From Candidatus Moranbacteria bacterium RIFCSPHIGHO2_01_FULL_54_31 (GTDB lineage Bacteria; Patescibacteriota; Minisyncoccia; Moranbacterales; UBA1568), in NCBI GenBank assembly GCA_001784695.1, contig MFRV01000003.1, positions 1 to 48,188 of the forward strand: 48,188 nt of DNA. The letters run 5' to 3'. The translations under genes and the position numbers were made by a program. The notes under the pieces are model-generated. The model searched no databases. It saw only the letters and a list, made by a program, of their open reading frames with translations, and had not been told where the DNA came from. Each line of letters begins with the position of its first letter. Positions within the stretch are counted from its first letter, which is position 1. Below are positions 46,516 through 48,188 of this stretch, in pieces.

Positions 46516-47583
46516 TTATGATGCACGGAATGCACGGGACACTCGGTGTCCGATGTTTTCAGTATACTCCTCTTTGGCTTTTTTCGAAAATACTTTGAAA
46601 CGAGGCTGCCCCGAGAGAATCTGGGCGTTCACCAGAAGCGTCGGTCTGCCCTGGAGAGACATTTTCCTATGCGGCGGACGCACCGAAAGCGCAAGTCCGT
46701 ATGTGTCTCGGAAATACTGCTTGATGCCGGCGCGCGTATTGTAGCCGCTCGGAAGAATGAACGGCTTGAAGCTCATTTTCAGGGAAGAAAAAAACTTTTT
46801 GTGATTCTCATGCAAAAACACATAGGCCTGCGCCTCTTTCCAATCGATTTTTTTGGCCGTAAGTCGTCGGCCGTTAGTCGTTCGTTTCTTCTCCCGCTTC
46901 CCCTGCTCCCGATAATAGACGCAGGCGCTCTGGAGCGCGCAGGCTTCGCATTTCGGCCTCCCGACGCACAAGGCGCTGCCGAAATCCATCAGTGCCGCAT
47001 TCAATGTTTTTCTGGAAGTCTGGAATGCGTCTTCCCAAAACTGTTCATCGGAAACCAGCTGCTTGCCGCCCAAGAAAAACCGCCCGATCACCCGTTTCAG
47101 ATTCGTATCCCAGGCGAGGTGCTCATCGCCGTAAGCGAAACTCATGATTGCTGCCGCCGTATACGGGCCGATACCAGGAAGCTTTTCCAGAAGCTTCTTG
47201 TCGCGAGGAAATGTTCCTGCGTATTCCTTCGCAATCACCTGCGCCGCTTTGAGCATATTGCGGCCGCGATCATAATAGCCTAGGCCGTCATAGTACGGCA
47301 GGAATTCTTCCCAGTCCGCTTTCGCGAGCGCCCGCACCGTCGGAAAGCGCTTGAGAAATTTCGCATAGTATGAAGTGACGCGCGACACTTGCGTCTGCTG
47401 GAGCATTATCTCGCTCACCCATACTTCATAGGCCGTGATGTTCTGTTTGCGCCACGGCAGATGCTCCCGCCCAGCCTTGCGGAAAAAATCCGCGATACGC
47501 GTTTCAAAAAATTTAATCTTCCTTGGGTTCGTTAAACCCTGCTTTCCGTGATTCTTGATTCCTGATTCCTGATTCTTTTTCAT
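46516..47583 (-). CDS. mutY: A/G-specific adenine DNA glycosylase (MutY family)
   Basis: ...HLPWRKQNITAYEVWVSEIMLQQTQVSRV...LPGIGPYTAAAIMSFAY...DTNLKRV... and the 4Fe-4S cluster C.......C..C.....C. The start ATG at 47583 overlaps the mnmA stop (ATGA). Confidence 0.85.
   Translation of the reverse strand: MKKNQESGIKNHGKQGLTNPRKIKFFETRIADFFRKAGREHLPWRKQNITAYEVWVSEIMLQQTQVSRVTSYYAKFLKRFPTVRALAKADWEEFLPYYDGLGYYDRGRNMLKAAQVIAKEYAGTFPRDKKLLEKLPGIGPYTAAAIMSFAYGDEHLAWDTNLKRVIGRFFLGGKQLVSDEQFWEDAFQTSRKTLNAALMDFGSALCVGRPKCEACALQSACVYYREQGKREKKRTTNGRRLTAKKIDWKEAQAYVFLHENHKKFFSSLKMSFKPFILPSGYNTRAGIKQYFRDTYGLALSVRPPHRKMSLQGRPTLLVNAQILSGQPRFKVFSKKAKEEYTENIGHRVSRAFRAS
47551..47578. repeat. Four ATTCNNN heptads inside the first codons of mutY
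   Basis: ATTC starts at 47551, 47558, 47565 and 47572. In mRNA sense this is AAGAATCAGGAATCAGGAATCAAGAATCACGG, encoding KNQESGIKNH. Confidence 0.7.
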
Positions 47584-48188
47584 AAAATCACTCCTCCGCC
47601 CAAACAATACTCGCCGTCATAGAATACGGCAAACTGACCCGCGGCTAACCCCTGATCTTTTTCTGCGAGCAGCACCTCCAGCCTGCCATTTTCCAAAAAC
47701 TTGATCGTGGCCGGATACATCTTCGCACCGTGACGGACTTTGACCTGCAATTCCCTCTTCTCGGGCGCGCTGCCTGAGATCCAATTCAGTCCTCCGACTA
47801 TGAACGCATCCCGCGCCAGCAATTCGTGATGCTCGCCGTGCGATACGGAGATCTCATTCGTCTCGGAATTTTTTGCGACCACATACCACGGTCCGCCAGG
47901 GAGTTTGATGCCGCGCCGCTGCCCGACGGTGAAATACCAGAAGCCGCTATGCTCGCCGAGCACTTTTCCTGTCTCATACTCGATCAATTTTCCCGGACGC
48001 TTGCCCAAGTGATATTCCAGAAACTTGTCGAAAGGCACCTTGCCTAAGAAACAGATGCCCTGGCTATCCTTGCGGGCGGCATTGGGCAGCGCGAATTTCT
48101 CCGCCAGTTTCCGCACCTCGCGCTTCTCGTATTTCCCGATCGGGAACAGCGCTTGCGTGAGCTGCGCCTGCGTGAGCTGCGAGAGAAA
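47580..48188 (-). CDS. mnmA: tRNA 2-thiouridine(34) synthase MnmA (partial; the N-terminus lies beyond the window end)
   Basis: The frame stays open to position 48188. My translation there is FLSQLTQAQLTQALFPIGKYEKREVRKLAEKFALPNAARKDSQGICFLG..., the MnmA central and C-terminal pattern. Confidence 0.9.
   Translation of the reverse strand, partial: FLSQLTQAQLTQALFPIGKYEKREVRKLAEKFALPNAARKDSQGICFLGKVPFDKFLEYHLGKRPGKLIEYETGKVLGEHSGFWYFTVGQRRGIKLPGGPWYVVAKNSETNEISVSHGEHHELLARDAFIVGGLNWISGSAPEKRELQVKVRHGAKMYPATIKFLENGRLEVLLAEKDQGLAAGQFAVFYDGEYCLGGGVIL

Overview
This 48.2-kb window is a densely packed housekeeping region. It holds about 45 protein genes, and all but four (rpmB, an LCP-family gene, pth and a DUF5679 mini-gene) are on the minus strand.

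Genes I recognise:
- Translation and transcription: rpsL-rpsG-fusA, rpmB, tRNA-Pro(GGG), rpsU, rplY, rpsF-ssb-rpsR-efp, pth, hisS, rpoB-rpoC, and mnmA (partial).
- Division and envelope: ftsA-ftsZ, ftsK, a RodZ-like gene, lepB, lgt, an LCP gene, and several peptidoglycan hydrolases.
- DNA metabolism: gyrB, recA, mutY, nrdR, and a two-ORF ComEC.

Several features resemble Patescibacteria/CPR-type genomes:
- a long-form NDK
- a DUF5679 mini-gene
- the two-ORF ComEC
- an orphan CuA-like cupredoxin
- a mini TsaB-like protein
- rpoBC without rplKAJL upstream

That lineage assignment is an inference, not a database result. All ORFs are intact under the standard bacterial code. I found no rRNA, CRISPR array, transposase, integrase or obvious defence genes.

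The most unusual content is non-coding:
1. Strictly 7-nt-periodic GAATNNN/ATTCNNN (and GATANNN) arrays recur in intergenic spacers. They often abut start codons that lack a Shine-Dalgarno.
2. Two homologous ~117-nt elements with AT-rich arms and GC-rich cores fill the spacers on both sides of rpsR.
3. A 190-nt near-perfect palindrome lies between the S2P protease gene and rpmB.
4. GC hairpins with GCAAGC/GCTTGC apices cluster in the rpsU-HIT spacer.
5. Three near-consensus sigma70-type promoters are present. One drives a small Cys-rich ORF and one gives rpoB a ~240-nt leader.

On the protein side, the locus lgt / membrane-anchored CxxC thioredoxin / two paralogous Cys-rich lysozyme-like proteins / holin-like / YqjD-like / amidase is the best candidate for an uncharacterised envelope system.

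All calls come from reading the sequence by eye. No searches were run.
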